Assembly: GCA_964354495.1 (NCBI GenBank)
Contig: CAYHAA010000013.1
Span: 1 to 32,000 of the forward strand
DNA: 32,000 nt
From: an uncultured archaeon
GTDB taxonomy: Archaea > Asgardarchaeota > Thorarchaeia > Thorarchaeales > Thorarchaeaceae
Reading direction: 5' to 3'
The notes under the pieces are model-generated. The model saw only the letters and a list, made by a program, of their open reading frames with translations. It was not told the origin of the DNA and ran no database searches. Positions within the stretch are counted from its first letter, which is position 1. Every line of letters starts with the position of its first letter. The translations under genes and the position numbers were made by a program. Positions 16,282 to 25,320 of this stretch are shown here, in pieces.

Positions 16282-17313
16282 CTACTGCTTGCCCATCGTT
16301 AGAGCCATCACTGCCTTCTGAACGTGAAGCCGATTCTCTGCAACATCGTATACGATTGATTGTGGACCGTCACAGACCTCATCAGTCACCTCAGCATTTC
16401 GATCCACAGGACCGCAATGAGTGAAGAAAGCATTGTTTGTCTTGGCCATCCATTCCTTGGTTGTGACCCAGTCATCGTACTTGGCTGCAAGTTCAATCTC
16501 TTTCTTCTTGGCTTCAGCCTCTCCGCGCTTCGCCATATCATCATAGAAGTTGGATGTCATCCAATTTCGAGAGTATACAATGTTAGCACCCTTGTAACCC
16601 TCCTCCAGGTCATGAACAATCTCGAAATTGCTTCCAGAGGCAGCTGCATTCTCCTCGCACATCTTGATGACTTCAGGGTCAAGATCATATCCCTGAGGAT
16701 ATGCTAGCGTCACATCCATCCCGAGTCTTGAGTTGAGCAGAATGCTCTCTTGGACACTGCACCAAGAACGTACAAGAGCGCCCTTCCCCCAGACTTGGAG
16801 AATCTTCTTGCCTTTGAGTTTCTTACCAATATGCTGCCTATATCCCATGACATCAGCAAGACCCTGGAATGGATGGTACTTATCATGGGCCATGCTGACA
16901 ATAGGTATGCTTGAGTGCTTGGCATACTCTCTGAGCAACTCCTCGCCCTGACCGTAGTAATCGATGGCAGTCTCCAGAATTCTGATACCGATTCCGACTG
17001 CATACCGACTCATTACTTGGGCTGCGTCTTCGACTGTTTCACCTGCTGATTTCGACGACTTCAGGCGCATCGATTTTGGTTCGAGAAACTGAGCGTGTCC
17101 CCCGAGCTCTGTTGCAGCGGCTTCGAAGGACTGCCTCGTTCTCACCGATGGGTTGTAAAAGAACATGAAGAATGTTCGCCTATCAAGGCAATTGTTCAAT
17201 GGATGATCATATCGATTTGCCTTGAACTCAAACGCAAGGGACAGAGTTTTCTCTATCTCCTTGATACTCCAATCCTGCGTTGTAATTAAATCTCGTCCAT
17301 AGAGGTCGCTCAT
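16282..17313 (-). CDS. Aspartate/ornithine carbamoyltransferase superfamily protein, AOTCase/YgeW-like
   Basis: Carbamoyl-phosphate motifs NPSVRTRQSFE and HPFQGLAD; HCGP; AENRLHVQKA. GGTGA before MSDLY. Confidence 0.9.
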   Translation of the reverse strand: MSDLYGRDLITTQDWSIKEIEKTLSLAFEFKANRYDHPLNNCLDRRTFFMFFYNPSVRTRQSFEAAATELGGHAQFLEPKSMRLKSSKSAGETVEDAAQVMSRYAVGIGIRILETAIDYYGQGEELLREYAKHSSIPIVSMAHDKYHPFQGLADVMGYRQHIGKKLKGKKILQVWGKGALVRSWCSVQESILLNSRLGMDVTLAYPQGYDLDPEVIKMCEENAAASGSNFEIVHDLEEGYKGANIVYSRNWMTSNFYDDMAKRGEAEAKKKEIELAAKYDDWVTTKEWMAKTNNAFFTHCGPVDRNAEVTDEVCDGPQSIVYDVAENRLHVQKAVMALTMGKQ

Positions 17314-17487
17314 TGTGCTCACCACTACAGTCGAGGTTGCATTTCGGTTTTAGGTCTATCGCATTATTCCTCAGCCTCTCTCTTTCGACAACACAGCCTT
17401 GCTCAATCGCCGCAGCGCACTTCTGGAATAGGGAATTGTGCGCAGAAGAAACGCTTTTCAAAGCATCAAGTTCCACCCATCCTTGCC

Positions 17488-18321
17488 ATGAAGAACGCGT
17501 ATCCTGCCAAGGCCTATGCAGAGGTAATCGAAAAACACAACATCGCCTTGCATTTGGCACCTGAACAGTCTGCGGCAATAGCTGAGGGGAGGGAAATCAG
17601 TCTATCAGAAACGCAGATTGAGAGAATCGTGGGTCAATTGACTGCTCAAGACGGGTTGGACTCATTTCTGAAAACGACCTGCGAAGCATTGTTACCATTC
17701 TCATCTTCACTTTTCGTAATCAATGACCGACTCTGGAAGATGATGGAGAGGAAAGCCTGGGATCCCAAGAGGATGCTGGCTATGACTACAATACCCCTGT
17801 GCACTTGGGACCATGACCGTGAAACAACACACAATCCAAAGGGAGCAAAAAGATGGCCTGTCAAGCCCAATAGTTTGCGCATCGATTTGGGAACCAAGCC
17901 TACGTTAGAGATTCAAGGAGAGGGAGGAGATTTCTCTGGATTCATTGAGCAGAGTCATTTGACAATGAGAAAGTGGGGAATTCCTGACACGAGAAGATTG
18001 CTGCCAAACTATATTTTCGAGTCTCTGCGAATTGAAGCGAAGTTGAATCGAGCAATCCTAGAAATCCACCCAAGCCCGAGAGAGGATCTCGATTATGACT
18101 TCTCCGAGCATGCAAGGGTCTTTTTTGAGCATGGTTTCTTGGTTCATGTTCCTGGAGAAGATGTCACCGTTCAGGTTGGCAAGAGGAAGCCAACACAAAT
18201 GGCAGGAGATGTGTTGCTACTTGTCGGAAAACGTTTTGGTGGGGAGGATGGCGCGAACCTAGAACTTCTTGTGGATATCTGGCTGAAAGCTCTTGAAAGA
18301 AGAATGGCATCGGTGACATAG
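17488..18321 (+). CDS. Hypothetical soluble protein (277 aa)
   Basis: Long ORF with protein-like composition, 3 nt upstream of the next gene. No motif recognised. Confidence 0.75.
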   Translation: MKNAYPAKAYAEVIEKHNIALHLAPEQSAAIAEGREISLSETQIERIVGQLTAQDGLDSFLKTTCEALLPFSSSLFVINDRLWKMMERKAWDPKRMLAMTTIPLCTWDHDRETTHNPKGAKRWPVKPNSLRIDLGTKPTLEIQGEGGDFSGFIEQSHLTMRKWGIPDTRRLLPNYIFESLRIEAKLNRAILEIHPSPREDLDYDFSEHARVFFEHGFLVHVPGEDVTVQVGKRKPTQMAGDVLLLVGKRFGGEDGANLELLVDIWLKALERRMASVT

Positions 18322-18324
18322 AAG

Positions 18325-19092
18325 ATGTTCATGAATGGTGGGTTGTTGGTACTGGGACTCCTTTCGCTGGGCATAGCCCTCCATTGGTTTAGAAAGGTCC
18401 ATCAGCTCAATCGCTTTCTTGCTCCCCTTGCAGAAAGCATAGGGGAACCGGACATCTCAGGCAAGACGAAATACACGAACTGCGGCTCTCATCAGTGGCT
18501 GATGAAAAATGTCATTCACGGAGATTACCTGAAGTCTGCGGAGGGTCTCAGAAACTTCATGATGAATCGAACTCTCACCGGTACTCTAGTATTGGGCATG
18601 ATCCTCGGCCTCATCCCTGTGATTGCCGTATACCTCCTCTTTCAGAGCTACCAGCTCATTGGCACCTCGCTCATTCTAGTCGTTCTCTCCGTGTTCATTG
18701 TCCTAGGACCTGGCGACCTTGAGGTTTCAGAGCAATTGGTTCAGTGGCAAACTGAACAGGAATACAGTGCTCTGGACATGGGTGACCTTGCCTATGCGAG
18801 AATATCCCAAAAGACCATGAAGAACTGGATTACGAAACTGTCGGTAATAAGTGTCATATGCTTCATTCTTTCTCCCTGGGGAGAGTCAATATTGCCTGCG
18901 TTCGCTTTCGTATTCACCCTGTTCGTCGGATTCGTCTACGCAAACATCTTTCTCCCGGTCTCACTGTACTCAATGCCGCTTGCCCTAATGATCTTCTTCA
19001 CTATCATACCCCTTGTTCTCTCGATGATTATCGTCGGAGTAAGGGTGGCACACAAGAAAGCGCAGACAGACTCGGATGAGCTCAAGGTTTAG
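18325..19092 (+). CDS. Hypothetical multi-pass membrane protein (255 aa)
   Basis: About 5-6 hydrophobic segments with two soluble loops. No family recognised. Confidence 0.75.
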   Translation: MFMNGGLLVLGLLSLGIALHWFRKVHQLNRFLAPLAESIGEPDISGKTKYTNCGSHQWLMKNVIHGDYLKSAEGLRNFMMNRTLTGTLVLGMILGLIPVIAVYLLFQSYQLIGTSLILVVLSVFIVLGPGDLEVSEQLVQWQTEQEYSALDMGDLAYARISQKTMKNWITKLSVISVICFILSPWGESILPAFAFVFTLFVGFVYANIFLPVSLYSMPLALMIFFTIIPLVLSMIIVGVRVAHKKAQTDSDELKV

Positions 19093-19427
19093 AAGAGAGA
19101 TAGAAACGAAGCAAGAGCCACGACAGCGGCATATAGAAACAGAATGAGGGCAGTCAACAGCATCTGCCTTCCGATGAGAGCCATTCTCCATGCCGTTGTA
19201 ACATTGCCATCTTCAGTGTATCTGCCCTTGTTTTCAAGGGGTTGTCTGGACATCATACAGCCCCCCACAATCAGAAGAAGGCCTAATTCAAGAAACGCTC
19301 CTCCTCCTGCAACAGTCGAAGCCAATACAGGTGGTGCAAAGGTTGCAGCGGCAAATCCTACAACGAGATTCAATGCCATCAAGGCCGTGGCAAAAAGCAA
19401 GCCACGCTCGAGGTCCCTGTCTAGCAT
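19089..19427 (-). CDS. Small membrane protein (about 3 TM), last gene of the second dpp operon
   Basis: ATG preceded by ggag, 13 nt after the upstream stop. Three hydrophobic segments. Confidence 0.7.
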   Translation of the reverse strand: MLDRDLERGLLFATALMALNLVVGFAAATFAPPVLASTVAGGGAFLELGLLLIVGGCMMSRQPLENKGRYTEDGNVTTAWRMALIGRQMLLTALILFLYAAVVALASFLSLF

Positions 19428-19440
19428 GTTAATAGCTCCA

Positions 19441-19659
19441 TCAAAGAAATGTGCCGGCCAACAAACCTATTATGATGAGAAAAACTGCAAGTATAACAAG
19501 AGGAAGGAAGATAGTCTGAAGCGATGCAATGAATAATGCGATTATGTCCTTTCCCTCAAGACTCGTCGTTGCTTGGTCATGATCACCATAGACAGACCAA
19601 TCGAAATCATTGCTTTTCTCTTCGTGCTCCCTCGAATCTACGTCATCATCGAACGACAA
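19441..19659 (-). CDS. Small membrane protein (72 aa), acidic N-terminus and hydrophobic C-terminus
   Basis: TTG start after ggagagg; sequence ...LEGKDIIALFIASLQTIFLPLVILAVFLIIIG. Confidence 0.65.
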   Translation of the reverse strand: MSFDDDVDSREHEEKSNDFDWSVYGDHDQATTSLEGKDIIALFIASLQTIFLPLVILAVFLIIIGLLAGTFL

Positions 19660-19742
19660 TTCATTTCCTCTCCTTCAGGATGAACAGTGGGAACGCAGCC
19701 TAATAGACATTGTCAGGCTGCGCGCGCACATCTTTCGACATA

Positions 19743-20774
19743 TCAGGCCTCAGCAGGGGTTCTAGTCTCCACATTGAGGTCTTCCTTGTACCTGAGGTCG
19801 AGCTCTCCAGCATAGTGACAAGCTACCATATGCCCATTGCCCATGTCACGTAGCTCAGGACACTCCTCACTGCAACGCTCAGTAGCAAATCGGCATCTCG
19901 GATGGAATCTGCATCCACTTGGGGGGTTGATTGCACTTGGCACTTCTCCAGCAAGAATCTCCGCGCGCCCCCTTAGAGACGGGTCCGGGACAGGCACTGC
20001 GGAAACAAGAGCTGCAGAGTACGGATGCATAGCATCTTCGAAGATATCAGTAGGAGTGAGTTCAACAATCTTGCCCAAGTACATCACTGCAACTCTGTCA
20101 GACATATGTTTCACAACACTGAGGTTATGACTGATGAAGAGGTATGTGAGGTCGAACTCCTGCTGCAGATCCTTCATTAGGTTGAGGGTCTGAGCCTGAA
20201 CAGACACGTCTGTGCTTGACGTGGGCTCGTCCATAACAACGAATTTCGGTCGCAACGCAAGCGCTCTTGCGATACATACTCTCTGTCTCTGACCGCCCGA
20301 GAACTCATGAGGGAATCTGTTCAGATGGTCTTCACTAAGACCAACCTTCTCCAGCAACTCAAGCACCATGTTTCGCAAACGGTGACCACGGGCAATTCCG
20401 TTGACCAGAAGAGGTTCACCAACTGCGTTCTTGATGGTCAAGCGAGGGTCAAGTGAGGCCATTGGGTCTTGAAAGATGATACTCATGTTTCGACGAAGTC
20501 TGTGAAGGTCTCCTCGAGACATCTTGTTGATGTCCTCGCCTTCAAAGAAAATCTCGCCAGCAGTTGCAGGGAGAAGCCTGATAATGGTGCGTCCCGCTGT
20601 AGTCTTGCCACAGCCCGACTCGCCTACCAATCCAAGAGTCTCACCCTTGTAGATGTCAAAAGAGATATCATCGACTGCTCGTACATAGCCAACTACCTTT
20701 CTGAATACTCCTCCACTTAGCGGGTAGAACTTCTTGAGATTCTTGACTTCTATCAGTGTATTTGCGCTTGCCAT
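19743..20774 (-). CDS. dppF: Peptide ABC transporter ATP-binding subunit (DppF/OppF)
   Basis: [47 protein letters not shown]. Confidence 0.95.
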   Translation of the reverse strand: MASANTLIEVKNLKKFYPLSGGVFRKVVGYVRAVDDISFDIYKGETLGLVGESGCGKTTAGRTIIRLLPATAGEIFFEGEDINKMSRGDLHRLRRNMSIIFQDPMASLDPRLTIKNAVGEPLLVNGIARGHRLRNMVLELLEKVGLSEDHLNRFPHEFSGGQRQRVCIARALALRPKFVVMDEPTSSTDVSVQAQTLNLMKDLQQEFDLTYLFISHNLSVVKHMSDRVAVMYLGKIVELTPTDIFEDAMHPYSAALVSAVPVPDPSLRGRAEILAGEVPSAINPPSGCRFHPRCRFATERCSEECPELRDMGNGHMVACHYAGELDLRYKEDLNVETRTPAEA

Positions 20775-20778
20775 TGAA

Positions 20779-21993
20779 TCACTTCCTCCCAGCAAGTGAA
20801 CCCTGGGGATGCCAGCATTCCACCCAGTGCCCAGACTTCATCTCCTCTCTTGGAGGTCGCTCGTTAATGCATTGCTCTGTCGCAAACTCACAGCGAGGGT
20901 GAAATCTGCAGCCCGTTGGTGGATTGATCAAGTTGGGGACTGTACCCTTAATCTGTGTCAGTTTGGCAACCTTCTCAGTCAGCTTCGGAATGGCACGAAG
21001 AAGCCCGGATGTATAGGGATGAATGGGGTCCAAAAAAAGCTCCCTCGTATTCGTGTATTCTATAACAACCCCTGCGTACATCACTGCAACCTGCGTACAG
21101 GTTTCAGCGACTACACCGAGGTCGTGAGTGATGATAATGATGGAAGCATCCAATTCTGCCTTGAGATCGTTCAGGAGCTTGAGTACCTGTGCTTGAACAG
21201 TGACGTCCAGAGCAGTTGTAGCTTCATCGGCTATCAGAATCTTTGGGTTGCAGGAGAGAGACATAGCAATGAGGGCTCTCTGTCGCATTCCTCCAGATAG
21301 TTCGTGGGGATACTGATTGGCTATCTCTGCTGCAGAAGGCATTCGTACCATATTGAGCATTTCTACAGCTTTCCGCTTTGCGGCTTTCTTGATTTCAGCG
21401 TCAGTTGGTCTCGGAGGATTGGAAAGCTGTCCTCGCAGCTCAGCAAGACGTGATGATATTTCATCAGCGGTTCTTCCTTCTGTCAATTTCAAAGCGTCTT
21501 CCATTGCTGCAATCTTCTCCTCAAGTATATCGAGTGATAGATCCTGATGTAGCGTGATTACTTCAGCAATTTGATCGCCGATTCTGAACACAGGATTCGG
21601 ATAGGTTGCTGGATCTTGGAACACAATCGATATGTGATTGCCCCGGATCTTCCGCATCTCATCCTCTGAAATCTTCAGAAGGTCTTTGACAACACGTGTA
21701 CCATCTTCTTCTTCATCCATGAAGAGGATCTCGCCAGCCTCGATTCTCCCTGGAGAGTCCACGAGCCGCATGATGGACTTTGCTGTCACGCTCTTACCAC
21801 ACCCAGTCTCGCCAACCAACGCAAGAGTGTCGCCTCGCTTCAGCTGGACTGTGACACCATCAAGCGCCTTGACAACACCCTCGTACGTATAGAAGTTCGT
21901 CTTCAGGTTCCTTATGTCAAGGATTAGGTTGGGATCCATCTCAACCTCGGACTCTGAGCTACCGTCAGTATGCGACGTTTCATCTAGAGCCAC
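20779..21993 (-). CDS. dppD: Peptide ABC transporter ATP-binding subunit (DppD/OppD) with helical insertion
   Basis: [49 protein letters not shown] start. Confidence 0.95.
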   Translation of the reverse strand: MALDETSHTDGSSESEVEMDPNLILDIRNLKTNFYTYEGVVKALDGVTVQLKRGDTLALVGETGCGKSVTAKSIMRLVDSPGRIEAGEILFMDEEEDGTRVVKDLLKISEDEMRKIRGNHISIVFQDPATYPNPVFRIGDQIAEVITLHQDLSLDILEEKIAAMEDALKLTEGRTADEISSRLAELRGQLSNPPRPTDAEIKKAAKRKAVEMLNMVRMPSAAEIANQYPHELSGGMRQRALIAMSLSCNPKILIADEATTALDVTVQAQVLKLLNDLKAELDASIIIITHDLGVVAETCTQVAVMYAGVVIEYTNTRELFLDPIHPYTSGLLRAIPKLTEKVAKLTQIKGTVPNLINPPTGCRFHPRCEFATEQCINERPPREEMKSGHWVECWHPQGSLAGRK

Positions 21994-21996
21994 GGT

Positions 21997-23292
21997 CTAG
22001 CGCCTCCTCAATTTGGGATCCAATATGTCTCGCACTCCATCACCTACAAGGTTGAATGAGAGTGCGCAGAGAAGGATTGCCATCCCTGGATAGAATGTCA
22101 CCCAATAGTTCATGAAGTGATTCTGCCCCTGAGATATCATCCATCCCCATTCTGCGGTCCCAGCTTGTGCGCCAAATCCTATGAAGCTCAGACCAGCTGC
22201 GGTCAGGAGAACACCCCCCATATCGAGTGTTGCTTGAACAATGACCGGCTGAATCGTGTTAGGCAGAATGTGGAACACTAGTATTCTCATGTCAGAGGCA
22301 CCAACAGAACGCGCAGCTTCAACATACAACTTCTCGCGTTCAATGAGTACCTGTCCTCTTACCAATCGAGCATATGTTGGCCACCACACCATCATCAGAG
22401 CTATACTGATGTTGTCAAGGTTTCTCTCACCAAGCGCAGCGACAATCGCCATCGCCAGTATGAGGCCTGGAAATGCAAAGAAGACATCAGTGATTCTCAT
22501 GACAACCTCATCGACCACACCGCCAAAGTAGCCAGCAGCGGCGCCAATGAAGGAACCCAAGACAAGAGCAACTGCCACAACGGAGATCGCAATCTTCAGG
22601 TCGATCTGAGTCGCCCAAATGACCATGCTATAGACATCGCCACCATTCTGGTCAGTCCCCCAGATGTGCGTTGGACTGGGTGGGTCAAGCGTTTCATACC
22701 AATTCCTCTCTGTTGGTCCGTAGGGAGTTATGTATGGAGCGAGGATAGCCAAAAGGACATACACAGTGATGATGATAACTCCGGCAATCACTAGAGGACT
22801 CCTTCGAATAAGGAAGAGCATGTACCTCGATTCTTTGGCTCTTGGGCCCATATCTTCCTTGAAGAGATCCCACCAGTACTTCTTGATCGAAGGAACGAAT
22901 AACAATGCAATTGCTAGAATATTGAACAGAATTGCCGAGATAAAGACACTGCCAGCAAGCAGTATCAACAGGCTCATAATCAGGTTTCCATAGATTACCC
23001 ATGTGAAGGCATAGGTTTCGAGTTTTCGCAAATCCAGTGCGACACGAATAAGGAGAAAGCCAATCACGATTGTTGGTATTGCTATAGTGAAGAATGACCC
23101 CAACACTCCGACTAAGGGAATATCCCCTTCGTCAAAAAGAAAATAGGCGTTGGCGAACACTAAGGAACCAGTCAGCATACCGATGAGGGTAATAAAAATC
23201 TGAAAGCCAGAAAGTGCTGTGATTGATGATGGCGTTTCTTGGGTCTGTAAGTCTCCTGTGATTGCAGCGCTCCACGTGTCTTCTCGTGTCAT
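21997..23292 (-). CDS. dppC: Peptide ABC transporter permease, DppC family, with extra N-terminal membrane domain
   Basis: HIWGTDQNGGD, GYFGG..D..VMRITD, YVEAARSVGASD, AEWG, LDPKLRRR. About 140 extra N-terminal residues. Confidence 0.93.
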   Translation of the reverse strand: MTREDTWSAAITGDLQTQETPSSITALSGFQIFITLIGMLTGSLVFANAYFLFDEGDIPLVGVLGSFFTIAIPTIVIGFLLIRVALDLRKLETYAFTWVIYGNLIMSLLILLAGSVFISAILFNILAIALLFVPSIKKYWWDLFKEDMGPRAKESRYMLFLIRRSPLVIAGVIIITVYVLLAILAPYITPYGPTERNWYETLDPPSPTHIWGTDQNGGDVYSMVIWATQIDLKIAISVVAVALVLGSFIGAAAGYFGGVVDEVVMRITDVFFAFPGLILAMAIVAALGERNLDNISIALMMVWWPTYARLVRGQVLIEREKLYVEAARSVGASDMRILVFHILPNTIQPVIVQATLDMGGVLLTAAGLSFIGFGAQAGTAEWGWMISQGQNHFMNYWVTFYPGMAILLCALSFNLVGDGVRDILDPKLRRR

Positions 23293-23305
23293 TGTTCACT
23301 CCCTC

Positions 23306-24331
23306 CTATCCATATCTGATTCTTGGATCCAGCGTCCCGTAGATCAGATCGACTACTAGATTCGCAGCAACAAAGATGAAAGCTACGAGCAGCGTGAATG
23401 CGTTTATGCTAGGAATATCCGAGGTCAGGATTGAGCGGGTAGACCACCGACCCAGACCGGGCCAGCTAAAGATGGTCTCTGTAAGGACTGCACCTGTCAT
23501 CAATCCACCAAATGCCAGACCAATGACTGTTACAGTTGGTATCATAGCGTTTCTCAGCGCATGCTTATAGATGACCACTCTGTCCCGAAGACCCTTGGAG
23601 CGAGCGAGCGTTATGTAGTCTTCTTTGAGCACCTCCAACATGCTAGAACGCATCATCCTAGTGATGATAGCCAGTGTAAGATAGCCCAGAGCGAAACCGG
23701 GCAGTATGAGATGGATTGCTGCATCCAAGAACAGGACAGGATTAAGAGTCAGAATAGAATCCACCAGCATGAAGTTGGTAATAGGAGTGTAGGCAATATA
23801 CTCGTATGAATATCGACCTCCTTCCGGAAGGAAGGGTAGGCCCCAGACGTAGAATTGATAGAAGAAGACATACTTCAGAATCAATGCAAACCAAAAGATG
23901 GGCATAGACACTCCTGCAAGGGCAACCACACGAGTCACATGATCAGGAACTCTGTCCTTCTTGGTTGCGGACAGGATGCCAAGTGGAATACCGACTATAA
24001 CTGCGAAAACCAACGCGACCATAGCGAGCTCAATGGTCGCTGGGAATCTCTGGGCAATTGCCGCTGTTACGTCCATTCTTGCTGATCGGGAGTATCCCCA
24101 ATTACCCATCATCAAATCTCTCAAATAGAAGAAGAATTGAATATAGATAGGTTGATTCAGGCCATGCTCAGCCATGATTCCAGGAATAGCCTCTGGGGGT
24201 GTTCTCTCAGTTGTGTATAGTGTAATCGGATTTCCGACCAAATATGAAAGAACGAAGGTAATCGCGAGAACCCCTATCACTACAGGAATTGCGAGCAAGA
24301 GCCGCCGTATTATATAATCTCTAAGTCTCAT
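23306..24331 (-). CDS. dppB: Peptide ABC transporter permease, DppB family
   Basis: HGLNQPIYIQF, GNWGYS, RFPATIEL, YITLARSKGL, HALRNA, ETIFSWPGLG, LDPRIRY. Confidence 0.95.
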   Translation of the reverse strand: MRLRDYIIRRLLLAIPVVIGVLAITFVLSYLVGNPITLYTTERTPPEAIPGIMAEHGLNQPIYIQFFFYLRDLMMGNWGYSRSARMDVTAAIAQRFPATIELAMVALVFAVIVGIPLGILSATKKDRVPDHVTRVVALAGVSMPIFWFALILKYVFFYQFYVWGLPFLPEGGRYSYEYIAYTPITNFMLVDSILTLNPVLFLDAAIHLILPGFALGYLTLAIITRMMRSSMLEVLKEDYITLARSKGLRDRVVIYKHALRNAMIPTVTVIGLAFGGLMTGAVLTETIFSWPGLGRWSTRSILTSDIPSINAFTLLVAFIFVAANLVVDLIYGTLDPRIRYG

Positions 24332-24544
24332 GGTGGAACTAGCACCCGCGGTACACGAGTCAGTAAGCCGTTCTGCTAATGCAATGAAGAGGGCGAAACT
24401 TTTGTGCGTTATTTAAGGCTATGGTTCTCGGAATAGACCGCAGCCTCATTTACCTAGGATATTTCGCCTAATAACTGGGTATGGATGTGCGCAATAACCT
24501 TCTCAAAGACAGAGAGCTGCTAGTCAGCGGCGTGAGTCTTCGCA

Positions 24545-24583
24545 AGAAGAAGGATGGAAAGACCCTGCACTGTAGACAGGGTC
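24545..24583 (-). terminator. Hairpin terminator downstream of rubrerythrin
   Basis: Arms gaccctg (24561-24567) and cagggtc (24577-24583), followed on the minus strand by tttccatccttcttctt. Confidence 0.5.
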
Positions 24584-24600
24584 CTTGCCAATGACTTTGC

Positions 24601-25182
24601 CTACACAAAGACATGCGGGAAGAAGTATCCCTTGGGATGATCGCACGCGGGGCATTTCTCTGGGGGACTAGTCCCTTCGTGGATGTAGCCGCAGTTTGCG
24701 CATCGCCACTTGACCTTCTCCTTCTTCTTCGAGATTGAACCATCAGCTATTTTCTCAGCAAGGGCAAGATATCTCTCATGGTGCCAGGTTTCAGCACGGG
24801 CTATCATTCTCCAAATGGTCGCGATCTTGCTTAGACCCTCCTTGTCCGCTGTGTCCGCATAGCCAGGATACATCTTTGTGAACTCAAACTTCTCTCCCGC
24901 TGCCGCTGAACGCAGGTTCTCCTCGGTGGTGCCTATATGACCAGTCGGAAAGTCCCATTCGATCTTGACCTCAGGTGTGCACTCGCCCTCGTTCATGATC
25001 TTAAAGAACCTTGATGCATGTTCGTACTCCTGTTTGGCTGTTTCCTCGAACACTAGCGAAACGTATTCGTAACCATCATTCATCGCTGCCTTTGCATATC
25101 TCTGATACCTATTTCTTGCCTGGGATTCTCCAGCAAAAGAAGTCAATAGGTTCTTTTCAGTCTGTGTTCCTTTTAGATTCAT
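24601..25182 (-). CDS. rbr: Rubrerythrin
   Basis: GESQARNRY, EYEHA, AAAGEKFE, AETWHHERY diiron motifs and a C-terminal rubredoxin-like CANCG...CPAC. Confidence 0.96.
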   Translation of the reverse strand: MNLKGTQTEKNLLTSFAGESQARNRYQRYAKAAMNDGYEYVSLVFEETAKQEYEHASRFFKIMNEGECTPEVKIEWDFPTGHIGTTEENLRSAAAGEKFEFTKMYPGYADTADKEGLSKIATIWRMIARAETWHHERYLALAEKIADGSISKKKEKVKWRCANCGYIHEGTSPPEKCPACDHPKGYFFPHVFV

Positions 25183-25320
25183 GATCCTCAACTCTCTTAG
25201 GGGAGTCTATGCTCCGCGTTCTTCCTTCTCTGAAGCGAGAATGATATGACGAGCGGCTTTTGGTTATTAAGACTGTCTTTGGACCAAATTGACTATAATC
25301 GGCTTCTTCCTCTGAAACCA

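Noticed and set aside
24481-24594. 37-codon plus-strand ORF upstream of the second dpp operon
   Set aside because: It runs through the rubrerythrin terminator hairpin and has no RBS or motif.
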